A DNA stretch of 32,000 bases from Trichlorobacter lovleyi SZ (lineage in GTDB: Bacteria > Desulfobacterota > Desulfuromonadia > Geobacterales > Pseudopelobacteraceae): assembly GCF_000020385.1 (NCBI RefSeq), contig NC_010814.1, positions 3,780,001-3,812,000 of the forward strand. The letters are read 5' to 3'. This document shows, piece by piece, positions 25,155 to 32,000 of the stretch (positions are counted from its first letter, which is position 1; each line of letters begins with the position of its first letter). A program made the position numbers and the translations under genes. The notes beneath the pieces were generated by a model. That model made no database searches. It was not told the origin of the DNA and worked only from the letters and a program-made list of their open reading frames with translations.

Positions 25155-27728
25155 ATGCCGGTATGTTATGAGGATCTTGCCGCAGTCCGGATCTTTGCCG
25201 GGCTGTCACCCCACCAGCTGGAGCGTATCAGCCAGCGGCTGCAGGAATGTGTCTTTTTGTCCGGCATGGTCATTTTGTCCAGAAATGCCCCACCGGAAAA
25301 GCTGTACCTGATCCTGGAGGGACGGGTCAGGGTCGAACTGCAGGACGGCAACGGCCAGATCTTTAATGTAACCGAGCTGGGCAGGGGTGAGATCATCGGT
25401 GAGCGGGCGATCCTGACCGGAGAAGCACGCACTGCCGATGTGCGGGCCATCAGCGAGGTACGGGCCGTCAGCCTGGGCCGCAGCGATTTTGAAGAGCTGC
25501 TCCATGAAACCCCGCAGATCTACGCCAATCTCTGCCGCATCCTGGCCTATCAGCTGGGCAGCTGGGCCCAACGCCATCAACGGGAGGAGCGGGAGCACCG
25601 CGATGCGATCACCAATGTCATCGGCTGGCAACTGCTGCCCGAGTTCGGCGCCTTTCCCGGCAACTCCTCCAACGTGCGAGCCCTCAACGCGCGGCTTGAA
25701 CAGCTGGGGCGCCAACGCAACCATGTGCTGATTACCGGTGAGCCGGGCACCTGGAAGGATCTGGCAGCACGCCTGATCCACTTTCATGCCGATGCGTCCT
25801 GTCCGGTGCTGTTTCTCGATTGCGCCACACCGCCGCCGGTGATCGGCAGCGAGCAGCGCGGCGCCATTGCGGTTAAGGATGCCCTGCTGCTTGAAATTGC
25901 CCAGGAGGCGGCCCTGTTCGGCCATGTCCCGGACGGAGCGGTCTATGCCCGGCGGATACGGCGCGGCATGCTGGAGCTTGCCGCCGGGGGAGATCTGATC
26001 CTGCGTAACGTGGACTGCCTGACTCCGGCGGTGCAGGAGCTGCTGGCCCAGTTCATGGCAAGCGGCCAGTTCAAACGGCGCGGTGAGCAGCGCCTGCGCA
26101 GCGCCGAGGTCAGGATCATCGCCACCAGCAGCGAGCCGCTGGCTGAACAGGCTGCGGCCGGCAGTTTCCATGGAGGGCTGTACCGCCGGCTGGCAACGGA
26201 GCGCTTGGAGATGGCGCCGCTGCGTGAGCGCAAGAAGGATATCCCGCTGATCGCCCGCAGCCTGCTGTCCAGCCTCAACGCCAAGCACCACAAGCAGGTG
26301 CGGCGGATCTCCCAGGATGCCCTGAACCGCCTGGTGGACCACGATTGGCCGCTTAACGGCAGCGAGCTGTACCAGGTCATGAGCCGCGCCGTGGTGGTCT
26401 GCAACGCCGACGAGATCCAGGCGGAACATATCTTTCTGCAGGGGCAGTCCTTCGGCGGCCGCTTCAACCTGCTCTCGCTGCCGTCGGTGGAACGGCTGGC
26501 CCGTCGCCCTGATTTCCCCCGTCTGCTGCGCTGGACGACCGTGCCGCTGTTTCTGCTGGTGACGGGCTACACCCTGGCCGGTCCCCGCACCGGCAATGCC
26601 GCCAATCTGGCGGTCTGGACCCTCTGGTGGCCGGCCCTGCTTGCCACCGCCTTTCTGGTGGCGCGGGGCTGGTGCAGCTACTGTCCGCTGGAGGCGATCG
26701 GCGAGTTTGTCGGCGTCAAGACGCGGGTCACCCATGAACCGATGCAGTGGCTGAAAAAGTGGGGTGCGGCGATCAGCCTGGCCGGGATGATCTTGATACT
26801 GCTGGTAGAACAGGCCACCGGCATGTTTTCCCATGCCCTGGCCACCGGCATCCTGCTGGCCGGGCTGCTGGCTGCCACGGCCATGGCCGACCTGATCATC
26901 GGCCGGCGGGGCTGGTGCAAGTTTCTCTGTCCGCTGGGCCGGATCGTCAGCCTGGTGTCACGGATTTCCCTGCTTGAGATGCACAGCAACCGCACGGTCT
27001 GCGTCAGCCGCTGCCGGGTTGACGACTGCGTCAAGGAACGGGGCTGCCCGATGGGGTTGCACCCCACCGGCATCGATAACTCCGACCATTGCGTACTCTG
27101 CCTCAACTGTGTACGCAGCTGCCCGCACCACTCCATGCAGCTCGACCTGCGCAATCCGGCCTGGGGCCTGCTCAACCGCTCCCGCCACGGTTTTTATGAA
27201 GCCCTGTTCAGCGTGGCGCTCTGTGGTACGATTGCCGCGGCCAAAGGGACTCCGCTCCTGATGGGACGGGCCAAGGAGGTCTTTCCTTCCACCGTCTGGA
27301 GCGGGCCTGAATCTGCCCTGGCCGTGGGGATGGTGCTGCTGTATTGCCTGGCGGCGATGGCCTGCTCAGGGACGGCACCCGCGCTGCGCCGGCGGCAGGC
27401 CTTTACGGTCTATGGCCTGGCCTACCTGCCGCTGGCGATCACCGGCCTGTTCATGATCTACTTCCGCGCCCTGGTTGAGGGGGGAGCGCAGCTGATACCG
27501 CTGCTCTTGACCGCCTTCGGCCTGATTCAGCTGACCGATCCGGCCCGGCTCACCCCGGAACTGGGCACCCTGCGTCTGTTGATCTATCCCGGCATCCTCG
27601 CCGGGATGACCTTCTCGCTGGTTGCCCTGGCCAGCCTGCAACGGCAGCACAATCTGGGCGGACCCGGCCTGCTGGGCCACCGCCTGCTGCTGCTGCTGAC
27701 CACTGGCGTCTTCCTCGTCATTCTTTAA
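25155..27728 (+). CDS. fusion protein: cNMP-binding domain + degenerate sigma-54-activator-type AAA+ domain + NapH-like multi-TM 4Fe-4S polyferredoxin domain
   Basis: 857-aa ORF. N terminus is Crp-type cNMP-binding (LYLILEGRVRV, GEIIGERAILTGEARTADVRA). The middle is collinear with bEBP AAA+ (VLITGEPGTWKD, ALFGH, VRIIATS, LYRRL, PLRERKKDIPLIA, WPLNGSEL). The C terminus has about 8 or more TM segments with RGWCSYCPLE, RRGWCKFLCPLGRI, CVSRCRVDDCVKERGCP and CVLCLNCVRSCP. Confidence 0.85.
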   Translation: MPVCYEDLAAVRIFAGLSPHQLERISQRLQECVFLSGMVILSRNAPPEKLYLILEGRVRVELQDGNGQIFNVTELGRGEIIGERAILTGEARTADVRAISEVRAVSLGRSDFEELLHETPQIYANLCRILAYQLGSWAQRHQREEREHRDAITNVIGWQLLPEFGAFPGNSSNVRALNARLEQLGRQRNHVLITGEPGTWKDLAARLIHFHADASCPVLFLDCATPPPVIGSEQRGAIAVKDALLLEIAQEAALFGHVPDGAVYARRIRRGMLELAAGGDLILRNVDCLTPAVQELLAQFMASGQFKRRGEQRLRSAEVRIIATSSEPLAEQAAAGSFHGGLYRRLATERLEMAPLRERKKDIPLIARSLLSSLNAKHHKQVRRISQDALNRLVDHDWPLNGSELYQVMSRAVVVCNADEIQAEHIFLQGQSFGGRFNLLSLPSVERLARRPDFPRLLRWTTVPLFLLVTGYTLAGPRTGNAANLAVWTLWWPALLATAFLVARGWCSYCPLEAIGEFVGVKTRVTHEPMQWLKKWGAAISLAGMILILLVEQATGMFSHALATGILLAGLLAATAMADLIIGRRGWCKFLCPLGRIVSLVSRISLLEMHSNRTVCVSRCRVDDCVKERGCPMGLHPTGIDNSDHCVLCLNCVRSCPHHSMQLDLRNPAWGLLNRSRHGFYEALFSVALCGTIAAAKGTPLLMGRAKEVFPSTVWSGPESALAVGMVLLYCLAAMACSGTAPALRRRQAFTVYGLAYLPLAITGLFMIYFRALVEGGAQLIPLLLTAFGLIQLTDPARLTPELGTLRLLIYPGILAGMTFSLVALASLQRQHNLGGPGLLGHRLLLLLTTGVFLVIL

Positions 27729-27785
27729 GATAACGCTTTGAGATAACGTGGTATTTTTCGCCGGCCCCCTCTGCTTGTCCGTCCC

Positions 27786-27805
27786 GCCATAACCCTGGTT
27801 ATGGC
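27786..27805 (+). promoter_or_regulatory. palindrome GCCATAACC-ct-GGTTATGGC (candidate upstream activator site 1)
   Basis: Perfect 9-bp arms, centre ~175 nt upstream of the -24 element at 27970. Confidence 0.4.
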
Positions 27806-27875
27806 TATAACGTCCGTCATTACGGGCTATCCAATCGATATCACGTAGATAAACTGCATCCAGGCGATTCCGGCC

Positions 27876-27889
27876 ATAACCTGGGTTAT
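27876..27889 (+). promoter_or_regulatory. palindrome ATAACC-tg-GGTTAT (candidate upstream activator site 2)
   Basis: Same half-site as 27786-27805 (shared GCCATAACC..GGTTAT), centre ~88 nt upstream of -24. Additional ATAACG half-sites occur at about 27731, 27744 and 27807. Confidence 0.4.
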
Positions 27890-27968
27890 ACCCCCCGGGC
27901 ATTCAAAGCCAGACCAACATCGCGAAATTATCAATCAATATCAGCACCTTATTCAAACAAATCAGCAT

Positions 27969-27984
27969 TGGCACTGTTGCTGCT
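27969..27984 (+). promoter_or_regulatory. sigma-54 promoter TGGCAC-N5-CTGCT upstream of dcuB
   Basis: TGGCACtgttgCTGCT has a perfect -24 element, GG-N10-GC spacing and one mismatch in -12 (CTGC vs TTGC). An AT-rich tract (27920-27965, TATCAATCAATAT) lies between it and the palindromes. ATG is 62 nt downstream. Confidence 0.6.
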
Positions 27985-28045
27985 CCTGTCAGGGCAAAAG
28001 CTTCTTTCGCAACCCATGACAAACGTCATCTACAGGAGGTGTACC

Positions 28046-29374
28046 ATGTTAATGTTCTGGATCCAATTCGTGCTGGTACTTGGGGCAGTTTTGATCGGTA
28101 TCCGCCGGGGCGGTGTCTCCCTCGGCCTGATCGGTGGTCTGGGGGTCTCACTGCTGGTGCTGGGCTTCCGCAGTGCGCCGTCCGAGCCGCCCATTGCGGT
28201 GATGCTGATCATCCTGGCGGTGGTGACCGCCTCGGCCACCCTGCAGGTGGCAGGCGGGCTTGACTACCTGGTGCAGCTGACCGAGCGGATGCTGCGCGCC
28301 CATCCCAAGTACGTCACCATCCTTGCCCCGCTCTCAACCTTTTTACTGACCGTCTGCTGCGGTACCGGCCATGCCGTCTATGCCCTGCTGCCGGTTATCT
28401 CCGACGTGGCGCTCAAGACCGGTATCCGTCCGGAACGTCCCATGGCCATCTCCAGTGTGGCCTCACAGATGGGTATTACCGCCAGTCCGGTTGCAGCCGC
28501 CGTGACCTTCTTTCTCGGCTTTGCCGCCAAGGCCGGCTATCCGGTCACCCTGGTGGATATCATCATGGTCACCATGCCGGCCGGTGTGCTGGGTGTGCTG
28601 GCAGCTGCCGCCTGGAGCTTCAACCGCGGTAAAGACCTGGATAAAGACCAGGAATTTCAGGCCCGCCTGGAAGATCCCGACTTCCGTAACACCCTGAACG
28701 CCAACGTCACGACGCTGGACCAGAAGATCTCCACCACGGCCAAACTGTCAGTGCTGCTGTTCTTTGCCGGGGTCGGTTCCATCATCCTCCTGGCCAGTTT
28801 CCCGGAACTGCTCCCCCTTGACCACAAAGGCAAGGCAGTGGCCATGACCACGGTGGTGCAGTTTGTCATGCTGGCCTTTGGCGCCTTCATCATGTTCGCC
28901 GGTAACGTCAAGGCCAAGGATATCGCCCACTCCAGCGTCTTCACCGCCGGTATGATCGCCGTGGTCTCCATCTTCGGTATCGCCTGGATGAGCGACACCT
29001 TTATCTCCGCCAACAAGGGTTATCTGATCGAGACCATCGGTACCATGGTCAAGACAGCCCCCTGGACCTTTGCCATCGCCACCTTCTGTATCTCGGCCTT
29101 TGTCAAGAGTCAGGCCGCCACCCTGGCCATTACCCTGCCGCTGGGTCTGGCCCTGGGCCTGCCGGTGCCCCTGCTGCTGGGCCTGATGCCGGCCAGCTAC
29201 GCCTACTTCTTCTTTGCCTTCTACCCCAGCGACCTGGCTGCCATCAATATGGATCGTACCGGCACCACCAGAATCGGCAAGTACCTGTTAAACCACAGCT
29301 TCATGATCCCCGGCCTGATCGGTGTCAGCACCTCAACCGTCATAGCCTACATCATCTCACGCTTCATGTTCTAG
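28046..29374 (+). CDS. dcuB: anaerobic C4-dicarboxylate transporter, DcuB type
   Basis: ATG 28046 after AGGAGG. Collinear with E. coli DcuB along its whole length: GGLGV, CGTGH.VY.LLPVI.DVALK.GIRPERPMA, RGKDLDKDQEFQ, YPSDLAAI..DRTGTTRIGKYLLNHSFMIPGLIGVS. Confidence 0.93.
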   Translation: MLMFWIQFVLVLGAVLIGIRRGGVSLGLIGGLGVSLLVLGFRSAPSEPPIAVMLIILAVVTASATLQVAGGLDYLVQLTERMLRAHPKYVTILAPLSTFLLTVCCGTGHAVYALLPVISDVALKTGIRPERPMAISSVASQMGITASPVAAAVTFFLGFAAKAGYPVTLVDIIMVTMPAGVLGVLAAAAWSFNRGKDLDKDQEFQARLEDPDFRNTLNANVTTLDQKISTTAKLSVLLFFAGVGSIILLASFPELLPLDHKGKAVAMTTVVQFVMLAFGAFIMFAGNVKAKDIAHSSVFTAGMIAVVSIFGIAWMSDTFISANKGYLIETIGTMVKTAPWTFAIATFCISAFVKSQAATLAITLPLGLALGLPVPLLLGLMPASYAYFFFAFYPSDLAAINMDRTGTTRIGKYLLNHSFMIPGLIGVSTSTVIAYIISRFMF

Positions 29375-29506
29375 CAGATACCCCGGTTGACAACCGGAGA
29401 AACAGGGATAGCATTTCAGTACACAACCATCAGGCGGTCTGACCGGAATCCGGCCGGACCGCCCTCGTATCGTGTCGTGCATCGCCACCAAGAGAGGAGA
29501 ACAACC

Positions 29507-31276
29507 ATGAAACAGATGTTTGGACGGATCATCATGCTGCTGGGGCTGGCGGTCCTGTTGCTGCCCGCCGGTGCACTCCGGGCCGCTGAAGGGAAAACCG
29601 CGTTGGCGGAACTGCACAAGGCCAAACAGATCGGCTGTGCCGACTGCCACGGCACCGCCAAAAAGATCACCGTTGACGACAGCGAAAAAGGTATCAACCA
29701 GAGCTGTGTCGGCTGCCACGGCGACCTGGAGGCCGTGGGTGCCAAGGCCAAGGGGCCGATCAATCCCCACAAATCCCACCTGGGCCAGCCCAACTGCACC
29801 GCCTGTCACAGCGGTCACAGCCGTTCTCAGGCCTACTGCCTGAAGTGCCACAGCTACGATATGCCGATTCCGGGCGGTGCAGCCGCAGCAGTGCCGCTGA
29901 AACTGAAGAAGTCCGCCAGGAAGGCTGAAAGCACCGATGTTGTCGTGATCGGGGCCGGTGCTGCCGGTATGACCGCCGCCATTACGGCCCATGACGCCGG
30001 AGCCAAGGTAATTCTGCTGGAAAAACAGCCGATCACCGGCGGCAACAGCATGCTGGCCGCAGGTGGTATGAACGCTGCCGAGACCAAATTTCAGAATACT
30101 AAAGGGATCAAGGACTCGGTTGAACTGATGTATCAGGACACCATGAAGGGCGGCAAGAATATGGGCGATCCGGCTCTGGTCAGAATCCTTGCCCAGAACT
30201 CGTCCGGCTCGGTTGACTGGTTGACCTCCATCGGCGCCGATATCAGTGATGTCGGCCGGATGGGTGGTGCCAGCGTCAACCGGACCCACCGCCCCACCGG
30301 CGGCCACGCCGTGGGTGCCCATATCGCCAATGTGCTGCGTAAAAACGCTGCTGATCGCAAGATTGATATCCGCGTCAACAGCAAAGTGGTCAAGATCATT
30401 GAAGACAAGCAGGGCCGGGTAACCGGCGTTGTCGTGGAAGGCAAACACAGCGGCAGCTACACCATCAAGGCCAAGGCAGTGGTGCTGACCGCCGGTGGAT
30501 TCTCCGCCAACCCTGAAAAAGTGGCCTTCTACCGCCCTGAATTCAAGGGGATGACCACCTCCAACCAGCCCGGCGCCACCGGTGACGGCCTGGAACTGGG
30601 TGAAAAGGCAGGCGCTGAGTTGAAGGATATGAAGGAGATCCAGATCCACCCCACCGTGGCTGCCGGCAGCCGGATCCTGATTACCGAGGCGGTGCGCGGT
30701 AACGGCGCCATCCTGGTCAACCATGAGGGCAAGCGTTTTGTGAACGAACTGACCACCCGCGACAAGGCCTCCGCAGCTATCCTGCAACAGACCGGCAAGT
30801 CGGCCTATCTGGTCTTTGATGAAGGTGTACGCAAGAGCCTGAAGCAGATTGACGGCTACTTCCACCTGGAACTGGTCAAGGAGGGGGCAACCATCAAGGA
30901 TCTGGCAGCAGCCCTGAAGATGCCGGCCGCGACCCTTGAGGCCACCATCGATACCTACAACAAGGCGGTGGATGCGAAAAATGACAGCGAGTTCAAACGG
31001 CCAGACATGCCGCGTGCCCTGCGGACCGCCAAGTACTACGCCATTGAGATCAAACCGGGCGTGCATTACACCATGGGCGGCCTGAAGATCAACACCGACA
31101 CCCAGGTAATCGCCAAGGACGGCAAGCCGATTGCCGGCTTCTATGCTGCCGGTGAAGTGACCGGCGGGGTGCATGGCGCCAACCGTCTGGGGGGCAACTC
31201 CATCTCCGAGACCATCACCTTTGGCCGGATTGCCGGAGCCAACGCCGCCAAGCTGGTACAACCTGCAACAAAGTAG
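29507..31276 (+). CDS. periplasmic tetrahaem flavocytochrome c, fumarate reductase (Fcc3/FccA) family
   Basis: ATG 29507 after GAGAGGAGA. Signal peptide, then four CxxCH motifs (CADCH, CVGCH, CTACH, CLKCH). FAD fold VVVIGAGAAGMTAA. Fcc3 catalytic-residue blocks are present: IHPT, ITEAVRGNGAILVN, HYTMGG, GANRLGGNS. Confidence 0.9.
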   Translation: MKQMFGRIIMLLGLAVLLLPAGALRAAEGKTALAELHKAKQIGCADCHGTAKKITVDDSEKGINQSCVGCHGDLEAVGAKAKGPINPHKSHLGQPNCTACHSGHSRSQAYCLKCHSYDMPIPGGAAAAVPLKLKKSARKAESTDVVVIGAGAAGMTAAITAHDAGAKVILLEKQPITGGNSMLAAGGMNAAETKFQNTKGIKDSVELMYQDTMKGGKNMGDPALVRILAQNSSGSVDWLTSIGADISDVGRMGGASVNRTHRPTGGHAVGAHIANVLRKNAADRKIDIRVNSKVVKIIEDKQGRVTGVVVEGKHSGSYTIKAKAVVLTAGGFSANPEKVAFYRPEFKGMTTSNQPGATGDGLELGEKAGAELKDMKEIQIHPTVAAGSRILITEAVRGNGAILVNHEGKRFVNELTTRDKASAAILQQTGKSAYLVFDEGVRKSLKQIDGYFHLELVKEGATIKDLAAALKMPAATLEATIDTYNKAVDAKNDSEFKRPDMPRALRTAKYYAIEIKPGVHYTMGGLKINTDTQVIAKDGKPIAGFYAAGEVTGGVHGANRLGGNSISETITFGRIAGANAAKLVQPATK

Positions 31277-31284
31277 TCCAGACA

Positions 31285-31322
31285 GACCGGTGCGGGGCGG
31301 GCCATCCGTCCCGCGCCCGGTC
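31285..31322 (+). terminator. GC-rich hairpin after the flavocytochrome gene (no T tract)
   Basis: GACCGG-t-GCGGG .. CCCGC-g-CCGGTC: 11 bp with one mismatch. It starts 9 nt after the stop. Confidence 0.3.
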
Positions 31323-31341
31323 ATCCTCAGGAGCGGTGACG

Positions 31342-32000
31342 ATGGATCGGACAGCCTGCCATGCCCTGCTTGCCAACCGCAATGTGCGCCTCTATCTGGG
31401 GGGGCAGCTGGTATCGCTGTCCGGCACCTGGATGCAGTCGGTGGCCCAGGGCTGGCTGGTCTACCAGCTGACCGGCTCCGCCTTCTGGCTGGCCCTGACC
31501 GCCGTGGCCCTGACCGCGCCGGTTTGCCTGCTCTCCCTGCTGGGTGGAGCGCTTGCCGATCGCCATGACCGCCGCAGACTGTTGATCGCCACCCAGTTGT
31601 TATCACTGATACCGGCGCTATTATTGGGATTTTTGACCCGAAGCGGCCACGTCACACCGGCCCTGATCGTGGCCCTGGCTCTGCTGCTGGGGATGATCAA
31701 CGCCTTCGATCTGCCGGCCCGTCAGGTTTTCTGGGGACGGCTTGTCCCGGCGGAGCTGCTGCTGGGTGCACTTTCGCTGAATGCGGTTGTCTTTAACGCG
31801 ACCCGGGTGGTGGGACCGGTGCTGGCAGGCGGTATCATTGCCGCCTGGGGCACTGCCAGCTGTTTCTACCTGAACGCCGCCAGCTTTCTGATCGGCAGTG
31901 CCAGTCTGCTGGCCATGGGGCCGCAGGCCGGCAGCCTGTCGTACCGTTCCGCCAAGCCCACCACCAGCCTGCTGGCGGAGCTGCAGGAGGGCTTACGCTT
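31342..32000 (+). CDS. MFS transporter (EntS/DUF894-like family), 5' part; continues beyond the window
   Basis: ATG 31342 after AGGAG. Open to the window end. Reads MDRTACHALLANRNVRLYLGGQLVSLSGTWMQSVAQGWLVYQLTGS..LGGALADRHDRRRLL.., typical of this MFS subfamily. Not in the ORF track because it has no stop in the window. Confidence 0.85.
   Translation, partial: MDRTACHALLANRNVRLYLGGQLVSLSGTWMQSVAQGWLVYQLTGSAFWLALTAVALTAPVCLLSLLGGALADRHDRRRLLIATQLLSLIPALLLGFLTRSGHVTPALIVALALLLGMINAFDLPARQVFWGRLVPAELLLGALSLNAVVFNATRVVGPVLAGGIIAAWGTASCFYLNAASFLIGSASLLAMGPQAGSLSYRSAKPTTSLLAELQEGLR

Noticed and set aside
25206-26834. 542-aa minus-strand ORF
   Set aside because: Antisense shadow of the cNMP/AAA+/polyferredoxin gene, with Arg/Gly/Pro/Gln-rich composition and no domains. 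The same reasoning applies to the minus ORFs at 613-1332, 3297-3995, 8915-9535, 9879-10565, 11258-11818, 12406-13117, 15090-15809, 18594-19148 and 20218-21037.
27366-27902. 178-aa minus-strand ORF spanning the dcuB upstream region
   Set aside because: Most of it is antisense to the end of the 857-aa gene. The intergenic part is better explained by palindromic regulatory repeats.
29375-29506. Possible c-di-GMP/cGAMP (GEMM-type) riboswitch upstream of the cytochrome gene, as is common in Geobacter; also checked at 17761-18188 and 22115-22462
   Set aside because: The conserved GEMM blocks (GCAAACC, GGGACGCAAAGCC..CCGG) are absent. Only generic GC hairpins are present.
29357-31606. 749-aa minus-strand ORF, the longest alternative ORF in this region
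   Set aside because: It is antisense to the well-supported flavocytochrome gene. The translation is Gly/Arg/Pro/Ala-rich low-complexity with no motifs, typical of stop-free shadow frames in GC-rich DNA.
1-32000. CRISPR arrays, tRNA/rRNA genes, transposase/integrase genes
   Set aside because: No regularly spaced direct repeats, no cloverleaf-like or rRNA-like segments, and no recombinase motifs were noticed in any long ORF.

Overview
GC-rich bacterial chromosomal window. The gene content (several sigma-54 activators, CHASE and PhnD-like sensor kinases, a multihaem flavocytochrome, DcuB) suggests a Geobacter/Desulfuromonadales-type anaerobe; this is inference only. From 1 to 17.8 kb the + strand is almost entirely signal transduction. 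It holds a CHASE-PAS kinase with an NtrC-type regulator. Next is a probable operon: hybrid kinase, REC-HD-GYP, an ODP/flavodiiron-like di-metal protein, and a chemoreceptor with a C-terminal CZB domain. Then come a binding-protein-domain kinase, a second NtrC-type regulator, an orphan periplasmic binding protein and a C_GCAxxG_C_C protein. From 17.8 to 22.7 kb is an accessory, partly decayed zone. It contains an aldo-keto reductase remnant, a secreted orphan, and a DsbA/FrnE-like gene whose first active-site Cys codon is an in-frame TGA followed by a hairpin (candidate selenoprotein). It also contains an HTH + Fic cassette (mobile mystery protein A/B type) bracketed by a diverged ~125-nt duplication of the frnE 3' end plus terminator, an AT-rich islet with a 280-aa orphan, and a flavodoxin remnant. 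From 22.7 to 32 kb there is a divergent Fe-alcohol dehydrogenase / AraC pair. It is followed by an 857-aa fusion of a cNMP-binding domain, a degenerate sigma-54-activator AAA+ domain and a NapH-like membrane polyferredoxin. Then a sigma-54-type promoter precedes dcuB, a tetrahaem flavocytochrome c fumarate-reductase homologue and the start of an MFS transporter. No rRNA, tRNA or CRISPR array was seen. All calls come from reading the translations and sequence by eye; no searches were run.
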